A stretch of 50,256 bases of DNA from an uncultured Candidatus Saccharibacteria bacterium (GTDB lineage: Bacteria; Patescibacteriota; UBA1384; CAYGGE01), in the NCBI GenBank assembly GCA_964349485.1, contig CAYGGE010000006.1:1-50256 (forward strand). Direction: 5' to 3'. The notes beneath the pieces are model-generated. The model ran no database searches. It was not told where the DNA came from and saw nothing but the letters and a program-made list of their open reading frames with translations. A program made the position numbers and the translations under genes. Positions 42,231 through 50,256 of this stretch are shown here, piece after piece. Every line of letters begins with the position of its first letter. Within the stretch, counting starts at the first letter, position 1.

Positions 42231-44738
42231 GTGGAAGAAAACATCTTTGACAAATTTTCCGAGTCAGCCAAAAATATTCTTGTCTCAAGTCAACAAATTG
42301 CTGAGTCAATGAACAGCACTATTGGCTCGGAACACATCTTAATTGCTCTAGTCACGAACCGAGGGACCTTCGCCCACGAGATCTTAAAAGAATACGATAT
42401 TAATCTTGATCAGATTAAACTAATCTTGGCTATCCAGCCAGTAGTGTCCCTCCCGATCAGCAAAGACATGTCCGAAGAGGCTCGATCAGTTATGCTTGAG
42501 GCGGCGAAGATTGCCGCTCACCATAACCACCCAACTGTCGACGCTGAGCATCTTTTACTGACCATCGTTAATACGCCGAGCTTATTGGCACATCAAATTA
42601 TCGAACGTATTGGTGTTAATCCCGATCACCTGCGTAAACAGATTGAGACCATCTTTCACGAGATCGCTGAAGTCGATAAGATGATCCGAAGCGAAGAGAA
42701 ACAGGATCGTAAATCGAGCAAGAAACCAAAACCCAAGACACCGGCCTTAGATTACTTTACGGTGGATCTGACCTACGAGGCACACCAAGGAAAACTCGAC
42801 CCGGTTATAGGTAGAGTATCTGAAATAAATAAGGCTATCCAGATCCTAGCTAGACGAACCAAGAACAATCCGCTTTTACTCGGTCCGCCTGGGGTAGGAA
42901 AGACGGCAATTGTCGAAGGTTTAGCTCAACGAATTGTGAGCGGTAGAGTCCCCACCAAGCTGCTCCAAAAACGTTTGGTTACGCTTGACCTATCTTTACT
43001 GGTCGCTGGTACCATGTACCGTGGTCAGTTTGAAGATCGGGTCAAGAAGATTATGGAAGAGCTTAAGACTAATCCAGACATTATACTGTTTATCGATGAG
43101 CTACATACAATCGTCGGTGCTGGAAGTGCCGAAGGATCACTCGATGCGGCCAACATCTTAAAACCAGCATTGGCCAAAGGCTGGATCAGATTGATAGGGG
43201 CAACAACCCACGATGAATACCGCAAGCATATTAAGAAGGATTCGGCTTTCGAGCGTCGCCTACAGGCTATCCAGATTGAAGAGCCATCGGTCGATCAGAC
43301 CGTAGCCATCCTTAAAGGTTTACGCGGCGCTTACGAGAAACATCATAGCGTGACCATCACTGACGATGCGATCGAAGCGGCGGTGGAACTTTCTGAGCGT
43401 TACCTCACCGACCGATTCTTGCCCGATAAGGCTATTGATCTTATCGACGAAGCAGGTGCCGCGACTTGCTTAACTAAGGATCTAGGAACCAAGGAAGCCT
43501 CGGTTCAAAAGAAAATCGCTAAACTTACTCGCGAAAAAGAAGCGGCCGTCACCGATGAGAATTATGACCGAGCTAGCATCATCAAAGAACAGATTAAGAC
43601 CCTTTCGAACGACTTACTACATCAAACCAAGGTGACCAAAAAGAGTCAGCCACCGATTATCAATAGTGTAGTTATCGCCAAGTTACTGTCAGAGTCGACT
43701 GGCATGCCCATAACTGAATTAGTGGGCATCGAGAAGATACGCTACCGCAATCTGCCAGAGCTCTTAAGTAAATATGTTGTCGGCCAAGCTGAGGCAATTA
43801 ATGCCGTCACTCAAGCTATCAAGCGTTCCCGAACGAACATTGCCGATCCTAACCGACCGATGGGTAGCTTCATGTTTCTTGGTCCGACTGGGGTAGGTAA
43901 AACTGAGCTAGCCAAAGTATTGGCCCGAGAAGTCTTTGGTAGTGAGAAGAATCTAATCAAGATCGACATGTCAGACTTCATGGAACGACACAATACGTCA
44001 CGCCTCGTTGGTGCACCGGCAGGGTACATTGGCTATGAAGATGGCGGCCAGTTAACTGAAAAGGTCCGACGTAAACCATACAGTGTCATCTTGTTTGATG
44101 AGATTGAAAAGGCGCACCCCGAGGTATTCAACCTTTTTCTCCAGATTCTTGAAGAAGGTCAGCTCATGGATGCTAAGGGTGATCCAGTCAACTTTCGAAA
44201 TACAATCATTATTTTAACCAGTAACCTCGGCATGGCCGAACTGACTAAGCAGGGCGCACTAGGTTTTCAAGTCAGCACGACAGATGAGTTGGCCAAGGCT
44301 AAACGTCGCTATGAGGAGATTAGTCAAAGTGTGACTAAACAGCTTAAGGAACAGTTTAGACCCGAGTTCCTAAACCGACTAGATCAAATAATCATTTTTG
44401 CCCCTTTGGGTCGTAAAGAGCTTGAAGAAATAGTCAATCTTGAGCTGAATAAATTGAAACGAAGGATCAAGAAACTAGGATTCACCCTCGAAGTTTCAGC
44501 CAAAGCAGTTAACGAACTCATGACTCTAGGTTATGATCCGCTTTACGGGGCAAGACCACTGCGACGAGCGATCGCCGCCCATCTTGAGGCACCACTGGCC
44601 GATTATCTACTAGAGGATGAGATCGAAACTGGCACAACACTGGTTATCGATACCCTACCCAAAGGCATGACAGTCAATAATATCGACAAATCAATGCCGA
44701 CACGATTAAAGCCACCAAAGAAACTAATGCGTAAATAG
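42231..44738 (+). CDS. clpC: ClpC-type AAA+ chaperone/protease ATPase
   Basis: Clp_N repeats. Two AAA modules (GPPGVGKTAIVEGLA, GPTGVGKTELAK). A short UVR-like linker (YDRASIIKEQI) rather than the long ClpB middle domain. GTG start with a GGAGG RBS. Confidence 0.88.
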   Translation: MEENIFDKFSESAKNILVSSQQIAESMNSTIGSEHILIALVTNRGTFAHEILKEYDINLDQIKLILAIQPVVSLPISKDMSEEARSVMLEAAKIAAHHNHPTVDAEHLLLTIVNTPSLLAHQIIERIGVNPDHLRKQIETIFHEIAEVDKMIRSEEKQDRKSSKKPKPKTPALDYFTVDLTYEAHQGKLDPVIGRVSEINKAIQILARRTKNNPLLLGPPGVGKTAIVEGLAQRIVSGRVPTKLLQKRLVTLDLSLLVAGTMYRGQFEDRVKKIMEELKTNPDIILFIDELHTIVGAGSAEGSLDAANILKPALAKGWIRLIGATTHDEYRKHIKKDSAFERRLQAIQIEEPSVDQTVAILKGLRGAYEKHHSVTITDDAIEAAVELSERYLTDRFLPDKAIDLIDEAGAATCLTKDLGTKEASVQKKIAKLTREKEAAVTDENYDRASIIKEQIKTLSNDLLHQTKVTKKSQPPIINSVVIAKLLSESTGMPITELVGIEKIRYRNLPELLSKYVVGQAEAINAVTQAIKRSRTNIADPNRPMGSFMFLGPTGVGKTELAKVLAREVFGSEKNLIKIDMSDFMERHNTSRLVGAPAGYIGYEDGGQLTEKVRRKPYSVILFDEIEKAHPEVFNLFLQILEEGQLMDAKGDPVNFRNTIIILTSNLGMAELTKQGALGFQVSTTDELAKAKRRYEEISQSVTKQLKEQFRPEFLNRLDQIIIFAPLGRKELEEIVNLELNKLKRRIKKLGFTLEVSAKAVNELMTLGYDPLYGARPLRRAIAAHLEAPLADYLLEDEIETGTTLVIDTLPKGMTVNNIDKSMPTRLKPPKKLMRK

Positions 44739-44747
44739 ATTGAGGCT

Positions 44748-46310
44748 ATGGAACATCCGCAGAATTTGCTGACATTTGACGATGTTCGGTTAGAGGCGCT
44801 TACCTATATCAGTGAGTCGGATTTTAGAGTAGTGGCTAAAGCCTATAAGGTTGCGCTTACTGCCCATGCCGGTCAGTTGCGGAAGTCTGGAGTGCCGTAT
44901 ATCCAGCATCCTCTTCATGTCTGTTTGACTTTAGCTGAATTGCATCTCGATCCGGCAACCCTTGCCGCCGCTTTTTTGCACGATGTAGCCGAGGACACAT
45001 ATCAAACCGTCTTTAGTGTCGCCACCCAGTTTGGACTTCGCATTGCCTATCTAGTCGATGGCGTAACCAAGCTCACTAATCTCGAAACTCGCCGAGGTTT
45101 CTTTAGTGGCTTATTTCGTCGAGAAAACCCCCAACTCTCCCGGCAACAACAACGGATTGAGTCATTACGAAAAATGCTCCTCGCCACCAGTAAGGATATC
45201 CGGATAGTCCTGATTAAACTGGCCGACCGCTTGCATAATATGCAGACATTGGATGCTATGGAGACTTCACGTCGATATGACATCGCCAAAGAGACGATGG
45301 AAATATATGCGCCATTAGCTTATCGGCTAGGTATTGGTTCATTAAAGGGTGACCTAGAGGATTTAGCATTTGCCCATATCGATCCCGATGCCTATCGACA
45401 GACTCAGAAGCTGATGAACCAAGAAGCGCCGACCAGGAGACGAGCCGTCCTCAGGGGCAAACGAGCGATCCAGCGCATGCTAGCCAAGTTTGGTATCAAG
45501 GCTGAAATTCATGCAAGGTCCAAACATCTTTACAGTCTTTATCGTAAACTCGAGCGATACGATAACGACATCACTAAGGTATACGATCTGGTAGCTTGTA
45601 GAGTTATTGTAGACACCATCGAAGAGTGCTACCAAGTCCTGGGCATACTCCATAAGCGATGGAAGCCATATGATGGGCGTATCAAGGACTATATCGCGGC
45701 GCCGAAACCGAACGGTTACCGATCACTTCACACTACAGTGCGGGCTTTTGGCGATAGGCCGATTGAGATTCAGATCAGAACAAAAGACATGCATCAACAT
45801 GCCGAGTTTGGTATTGCGGCTCACTGGTATTACAGCGAGCAGAAGGGTGGGCTCGGTTATCTTAAACGTAAGAGTATTCCTGTCCCCAAGAATGAACTAG
45901 TCTGGATCAATGAATTGGCTAAATGGCAACGCCAAGCCAGCTCATTTAACGATATTGATTCATTAATGAGAATCGACTTCTTTGGAGACAGAATCTTTGT
46001 CTACACCCCGAAGGGTGATGTTATCGATTTACCAGTCGGTGCAACCGCCATTGATCTAGCCTACGCAATTCACTCGGAGATCGGAAATCATCTATATGCC
46101 GCCAAGGTCAATGGGAATATTGTTCGCTTAACTGAAAGCCTTCAATCTGGGGTAACGGTCGAGTTGATCGTCAACAAAAAAACCAATCCGACCACCGGCT
46201 GGCTTACGTCAGTCAAGACCCAAAACGCCCGATCGCATATAAAACGCTTCCTACGCCCAGAGGAACCTAAACGGACTGAGGGAATTCAGAATCAAAAGTC
46301 CAAGGGATAA
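44748..46310 (+). CDS. RelA/SpoT-family (p)ppGpp synthetase/hydrolase, short (520 aa)
   Basis: HD hydrolase motifs (HPLHV, HDVAEDT), synthetase block YRSLHTTV and TGS domain (VYTPKGDVIDLPVGATAIDLAYAIHSEIG). The protein ends soon after the TGS domain. Confidence 0.9.
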   Translation: MEHPQNLLTFDDVRLEALTYISESDFRVVAKAYKVALTAHAGQLRKSGVPYIQHPLHVCLTLAELHLDPATLAAAFLHDVAEDTYQTVFSVATQFGLRIAYLVDGVTKLTNLETRRGFFSGLFRRENPQLSRQQQRIESLRKMLLATSKDIRIVLIKLADRLHNMQTLDAMETSRRYDIAKETMEIYAPLAYRLGIGSLKGDLEDLAFAHIDPDAYRQTQKLMNQEAPTRRRAVLRGKRAIQRMLAKFGIKAEIHARSKHLYSLYRKLERYDNDITKVYDLVACRVIVDTIEECYQVLGILHKRWKPYDGRIKDYIAAPKPNGYRSLHTTVRAFGDRPIEIQIRTKDMHQHAEFGIAAHWYYSEQKGGLGYLKRKSIPVPKNELVWINELAKWQRQASSFNDIDSLMRIDFFGDRIFVYTPKGDVIDLPVGATAIDLAYAIHSEIGNHLYAAKVNGNIVRLTESLQSGVTVELIVNKKTNPTTGWLTSVKTQNARSHIKRFLRPEEPKRTEGIQNQKSKG

Positions 46311-46397
46311 GCTGACAGCTTGTGACAGCCTTTAGAATATGATAACATCAGGTTCGGTTAGGCATTACTTCTCTTCACTTACAATGATAGGGGCCCC

Positions 46398-47699
46398 ATG
46401 GCAGATCTCCTTCAAACCGCCCGTGGCACTCACGACATCCTTCCCGATGAGCAACCATACTGGCGCTGGTTAACCCAAACTTTTATTATCCGAGCAGAAG
46501 CGTTAGGCTTCGAACGCATCAATACACCGACCTTTGAAACACTAAGCGTGTTTACTAAAGGAGTGGGTCAGTCGACAGACATTGTCGAAAAAGAGATGTT
46601 CGAAGTTAAGCGCCTCACTAAGGTAGAAGATGCCGATAGCGATAAAGACACGTTAGTGCTACGTCCCGAAGGGACAGCGGCCATCGCCCGTGCCTACAAC
46701 CAGCACGGCATGCACACTTGGCCTCAACCGGTTCGACTTTATTACATTGAACCAATGTTCCGTTACGAGCGACCTCAAAAAGGTCGACTTCGGGAACATC
46801 ATCAATTTGGTCTAGAATATTTCGGCGACGCAGATCCGTCGGCCGACGCCATGATCATTATGCTCTATTGGCAGTTTCTAACTGATCTAGGGTTGACGAA
46901 GGGAATTAGTTTCACCATGAATAGTCTCGGCGATGAAACCTGTCGTCCGAAGTACCGTAAAAAGCTCAAGGCTTTTTTTGAGCCTTACAAAAAGCAACTT
47001 TGTGACGATTGTCAGCGCCGGCTCACCACCAATCCACTCCGGATTCTCGACTGTAAAGAACCGGCCTGCCAGGCAATAGCGGTCAGTGCCCCGGTCATCC
47101 TTGATGAGCTATGCAGTGGCTGTAAGGTCCATCTAGGGACATTGCTTGAGTATCTTGACGAACTGGCAATTCCGTACAACCTAAATCCCCATCTTGTTCG
47201 GGGACTCGACTATTATAACCGAACGGTTTTTGAGGTTGTCGACGCAAGTGATTCTGCTCGTCAAGGTAGTCTTTCTGGTGGCGGTCGCTATGACGGACTG
47301 ATCAAACTCTATAGTGGCAAGGATACACCTGGAGTCGGTACGGGTATTGGTATCGAGCGAATTATTGAGAAGCTCAAGGAGCGGGGGATTAAACCGCCAT
47401 CTAGCAGTCCGGTTAAGACCGTAGTCATTCCACTCGGTGAAAAAGCCAAAAAAGCTGGACTGCATGCCATCCAGATCTTGAATAGTTGGGGCGTCGGTGC
47501 AACTGGAGCATTTGCTAAAGAAAGTCTTAAATCACAATTAAAGTATGCCGATAAAATGGCTGTACCCTTCGCCATCATTATTGGCACCCGTGAAGTGTTC
47601 GACCACGCAGTGATCATACGAGATATGAAGACAGGGGTGCAGGATACGGTTAGTCTCGACTTACTCGAAGAAACAATTAAAGACAGGTTGAACGCTTAA
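46398..47699 (+). CDS. hisS: Histidine--tRNA ligase
   Basis: Class II motifs: MFRYERPQKGRLREHHQFGLE, GGGRYD and GTGIGIERI, with a C-terminal anticodon-binding domain. Confidence 0.93.
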   Translation: MADLLQTARGTHDILPDEQPYWRWLTQTFIIRAEALGFERINTPTFETLSVFTKGVGQSTDIVEKEMFEVKRLTKVEDADSDKDTLVLRPEGTAAIARAYNQHGMHTWPQPVRLYYIEPMFRYERPQKGRLREHHQFGLEYFGDADPSADAMIIMLYWQFLTDLGLTKGISFTMNSLGDETCRPKYRKKLKAFFEPYKKQLCDDCQRRLTTNPLRILDCKEPACQAIAVSAPVILDELCSGCKVHLGTLLEYLDELAIPYNLNPHLVRGLDYYNRTVFEVVDASDSARQGSLSGGGRYDGLIKLYSGKDTPGVGTGIGIERIIEKLKERGIKPPSSSPVKTVVIPLGEKAKKAGLHAIQILNSWGVGATGAFAKESLKSQLKYADKMAVPFAIIIGTREVFDHAVIIRDMKTGVQDTVSLDLLEETIKDRLNA

Positions 47700-47808
47700 A
47701 TCAGACCAGTTATCTGGTTTTCTAGTTGGTAACCAGACAACCAGATAGTGAAGCGAACCAGAGAACTAGATAACTAATTTCGTCGATGTGGATAACTCAC
47801 ACTTGCTT

Positions 47809-47823
47809 GTTCGGTCTTCGTTC
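47809..47823 (+). promoter_or_regulatory. Candidate LexA operator of the direct-repeat type, GTTC-N7-GTTC
   Basis: GTTCggtcttcGTTC lies 56 nt upstream of the lexA ATG. The larger unit GTTCGGT is repeated at 47809-15 and 47820-26, an 11-nt period. Confidence 0.4.
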
Positions 47824-47878
47824 GGTATGCTATTGATGATATAAAAAATCATAACTTGTGACCGATTAAGGAGATCGT

Positions 47879-48481
47879 ATGCCTGAAACTCTAACCAGAC
47901 GCCAGAAGGAGATCTTGGATTATCTCCGATCCTTTATCGACAAACATGAGTACGCTCCAAGCTATCGGGAAATTGCCGACCACTTTAGTTTCTCCTCCGT
48001 TGCCACGGTCGCTGAGCATGTCGATACCTTAAAATCAAAGGGTTATCTCGAGAATGAGGAGAACATTGCCCGATCAATTCAGCTCACCCCAACCTGGGAT
48101 GAGCGAACATTTTCCATTCCTTTGCTAGGGGCGATTGCCGCTGGTTTACCGATCGAAGCAATCCGGACGCCTGAAACCATCGATATCCCAAAAGACATGA
48201 TGGGTCGCAACGTCTTTGCTCTTAAGGTTCGTGGAGACTCCATGATCGAGGATGGTATATTGGATGGCGACTATGTTATCATTGAGCAGACGCAGACACC
48301 CAAAAATGGCGACATTGTTGTTGCCTTGGTTGAAGGCTCAAACGTTACATTAAAGCGTTTTTATAAAGAAAAAGATCATATCCGTCTTCAGCCGGCTAAC
48401 GGTCGTTACCAGCCAATACGAACAAAACGAGTCATGATTCAAGGTAAGGTACGGGGTGTCATCCGGAAGTTCCACCACTAG
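47879..48481 (+). CDS. lexA: LexA repressor
   Basis: wHTH LTRRQKEILDYLRSFIDKHEYAPSYREIADHF. Ala-Gly cleavage site (IAAGLP). Ser/Lys dyad blocks VRGDSMIEDGI and TLKRFY. AAGGAG RBS. Confidence 0.92.
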   Translation: MPETLTRRQKEILDYLRSFIDKHEYAPSYREIADHFSFSSVATVAEHVDTLKSKGYLENEENIARSIQLTPTWDERTFSIPLLGAIAAGLPIEAIRTPETIDIPKDMMGRNVFALKVRGDSMIEDGILDGDYVIIEQTQTPKNGDIVVALVEGSNVTLKRFYKEKDHIRLQPANGRYQPIRTKRVMIQGKVRGVIRKFHH

Positions 48482-49109
48482 AGAGCATATGCAACAGACC
48501 ATGTTTACCCATCGTACTACCAAGGAGAGTTTCGCATCACTCGTCGCCTTAGTGACCCACCCGATCGTCATCGGTACTCTTGGCCTAACTACTGTAGTCA
48601 TGCAGTCAGTCACAGGTCTTAGCCAGCAACTCTTCTACCTAGTGCTCCTGACTATCATTACCTTTCTACCAGCCGCTTTCTATCTATTCGTCTACTTCAA
48701 AGGCGATATCGGTGAGATGCTCGAGCTGATCGAGCGGGAAGCTCGTCTTATACCGTATATCCTCATGATCATCGGCGCACTTGGCGCGATCATTGTTCTT
48801 GATAGACTCAATGCACCTCGACCAATCCTAGTCATGACGCTTGTCCTGCTCGCTAACGAAGTTATCCTCGGCACTCTTAATTTTTGGACTAAGGTCAGTA
48901 TTCATACCGCCACAGCTACTTTTACTTCCTTGACGCTCGGTTATCTAGTTAGTCCTTACTGGTATAGTCTAGTCTTCCTGGTCCCTCTTATTGGTTGGGC
49001 CCGAGTTTCACGTAAACGTCATACGCTTCAACAGGTGATCAGTGGCGCCCTGTTTGCCGCCATCATCAGTGCCGCTGTACTCATAATTGCTGATCGTTAC
49101 ATCATGTAA
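48456..49109 (+). CDS. Integral membrane protein (weak PAP2-like features)
   Basis: About 6 hydrophobic helices. The SIHTA and SRKRH blocks are only loosely PAP2-like. The likely start is ATG 48489. Confidence 0.55.
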   Translation: MSSGSSTTREHMQQTMFTHRTTKESFASLVALVTHPIVIGTLGLTTVVMQSVTGLSQQLFYLVLLTIITFLPAAFYLFVYFKGDIGEMLELIEREARLIPYILMIIGALGAIIVLDRLNAPRPILVMTLVLLANEVILGTLNFWTKVSIHTATATFTSLTLGYLVSPYWYSLVFLVPLIGWARVSRKRHTLQQVISGALFAAIISAAVLIIADRYIM

Positions 49110-49188
49110 ATAGTATCGCTATAGACACCTTCTAACCTCCGGTATATACTGAAGTTAAGCAATTCACCAGCTGTCTTTAGGAGGGGCA

Positions 49189-49440
49189 ATGGCAAAGCGT
49201 GCAATCGAAAAGCGACGATTAATTAAGTTCTCAAACTATTCTATGTGTGTCACCTTACCCAAATGGGTAATCGACCAACTCGCCTGGAAAAAAGGCGATG
49301 AACTATTGCTTCATACTGACATCAAAACAGGCAAGATCACCTTACACCGCAACCCAAACCAGCCCGAATCGATCACAATCGCCGAAACAGCGAAGGCAGT
49401 TAATATGGATCTAAAACCCATTCCAAAACTACGTTGGTAA
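49189..49440 (+). CDS. AbrB/SpoVT-like DNA-binding protein
   Basis: YSMCVTLPKWVIDQLAWKKGDELLL...GKITL matches the swapped-hairpin AbrB/MazE pattern. AGGAGG RBS. Confidence 0.65.
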   Translation: MAKRAIEKRRLIKFSNYSMCVTLPKWVIDQLAWKKGDELLLHTDIKTGKITLHRNPNQPESITIAETAKAVNMDLKPIPKLRW

Positions 49441-49469
49441 TCGGTACACTAGATATCGTGCCATAAGTT

Positions 49470-50144
49470 TTGTATGCTAGTATTATGGCCAAAGCATTTG
49501 ATCTGACTCACAAGGTCAACACTACTCCGAAGGATGAAGAGGGCCGGGTTCCTTTTGACGATCAACCGAAAGGCGAAGAAGAGAAACCTAAGAGTCGATT
49601 ACGCGTCGAGATGGGATTTTTCTACGGCTTGTTGTTTGTCGTTTTTTTTGTAATCGGCGCTAGTATCATCTCCCCCAGTTTTCTAGCTGGACTCACTAAA
49701 AAGTCGAATACTGAGGCATCACCGAGCCCTTCATTTGGACCAAAACAGGGTTTGGTCATCGATAAAGAAGGTTTGACAACCAAGGAAGCCACCCCAGCTG
49801 CAAAGGTCGGTGCCACAGCCAGTCCATCGGCAAATGCTGTATCAACTGCGTCACCCACCGTCGTACCAGCCGCGACCACACCCGCCAAGATCCAAGTCTT
49901 AAACGGTACCAATCGAACCGGTGGTGCCGCGAGTTTAAGAACCAAGCTTGCGGCGGCCGATATTGTGGTTGCCAGTATAGGCAATTACAAAAATCGTAAC
50001 GTGGCCAAAACAACAATTTACTTTAAACCAGGGTTTGAAACGACCGCCAACAGCGTGCAGACTATCGCGGGAGGGATCACAACCCAAACCTCAGACGGCA
50101 TTGGCGCATACGACGTCCTGGTTGTCATCGGCACAACAAATTGA
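49470..50144 (+). CDS. LytR_C domain membrane protein
   Basis: One TM helix, an Ala/Pro/Thr-rich linker and the C-terminal block IQVLNGTNRTGGAASLRTKL...TTIYF typical of LytR_C. ATG 49485 is a possible start. Confidence 0.7.
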   Translation: MYASIMAKAFDLTHKVNTTPKDEEGRVPFDDQPKGEEEKPKSRLRVEMGFFYGLLFVVFFVIGASIISPSFLAGLTKKSNTEASPSPSFGPKQGLVIDKEGLTTKEATPAAKVGATASPSANAVSTASPTVVPAATTPAKIQVLNGTNRTGGAASLRTKLAAADIVVASIGNYKNRNVAKTTIYFKPGFETTANSVQTIAGGITTQTSDGIGAYDVLVVIGTTN

Positions 50145-50180
50145 TCTCCTAGGCGATACCAGGTACAGTATGAGCTACAA

Positions 50181-50256
50181 GCGCCTGTAGCTCAGTGGAT
50201 AGAGCGTTAGGTTCCGGACCTAAAGGTCGGGGGTTCGAGCCCCTCCAGGCGCGCCA
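50181..50256 (+). tRNA. tRNA-Arg(CCG)
   Basis: Acceptor GCGCCTG/CAGGCGC. Anticodon stem TTAGG/CCTAA with loop TTCCGGA (CCG). T arm GGGGG-TTCGAGC-CCCTC. GCCA. Ends at the window edge. Confidence 0.93.

Noticed and set aside
47702-47725. hisS terminator hairpin (AGACCAG ttat CTGGTTT).
   Set aside because: The stem is only 7 bp including a G:U pair, and the T-run is largely consumed by the stem. The same sequence is better explained as part of the AACCAGA repeat array.
47787-47795. Replication origin (oriC) suggested by the perfect DnaA box and a nearby AT-rich tract.
   Set aside because: There is only one consensus box, no dnaA/dnaN nearby, and no clear DnaA-box cluster or 13-mer-type unwinding element. 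The evidence for an origin is insufficient.
1-50256. CRISPR arrays, rRNA genes, IS elements or transposases, retron-like or toxin-antitoxin pairs.
   Set aside because: I saw no regularly spaced direct repeats, no rRNA-like conserved blocks, no DDE or IS-type ORFs with terminal inverted repeats, and no partner toxin gene next to the AbrB-like or XRE genes.

Overview
The window looks like a reduced-genome bacterium. My inference is Patescibacteria/CPR, Saccharibacteria-like, based on shortened housekeeping proteins, compact + strand gene order and a Gram-positive-type T4SS. This cannot be proven from the sequence alone.

Core (+ strand):
- Left, 1-12.7 kb: tRNA-Phe, tRNA-Val, an S1-domain protein, a DHH phosphoesterase, tRNA-Leu, an SLT transglycosylase, alaS, uvrA, rnhB, a mannose-1-P guanylyltransferase, an epimerase, pgi and tRNA-Ala.
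- Right, 40-50.3 kb: a DUF218 protein, nusA, clpC, rel, hisS, lexA, an AbrB-like protein, a LytR_C protein and tRNA-Arg.
- All five tRNAs encode their CCA end.

Island: between the two core blocks lies a 27.1-kb insertion next to tRNA-Ala(GGC). It is bracketed by a 108-bp imperfect direct repeat (12705-12812 and 39829-39936). It carries:
- a large serine recombinase;
- a def/RibD_C/ALDH/HIT cargo operon;
- a T4SS operon: VirB2-like pilin, a pilin-VirB6 fusion, PrgI-like, a two-piece VirB4 and an M23 hydrolase;
- a TrmB regulator and a GC-rich HExxH gene;
- a VirD4-type coupling protein and a Replic_Relax protein;
- a uridine-kinase-like gene and DUF3768;
- a complete type I R-M system (hsdRMS);
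- an unclassified four-gene operon under a divergent XRE gene: HKD/PLD nuclease with a TM helix, a 219-aa unknown, an HTH-SF2 helicase and a 77-aa Cys/His protein.

Most interesting findings:
- the unclassified operon as a candidate new defence module;
- the ICE-like island itself;
- the recombinase frame, which crosses the repeat and runs antisense through the tRNA, with an alternative tail 27 kb away.

No CRISPR array, rRNA or IS element was seen.
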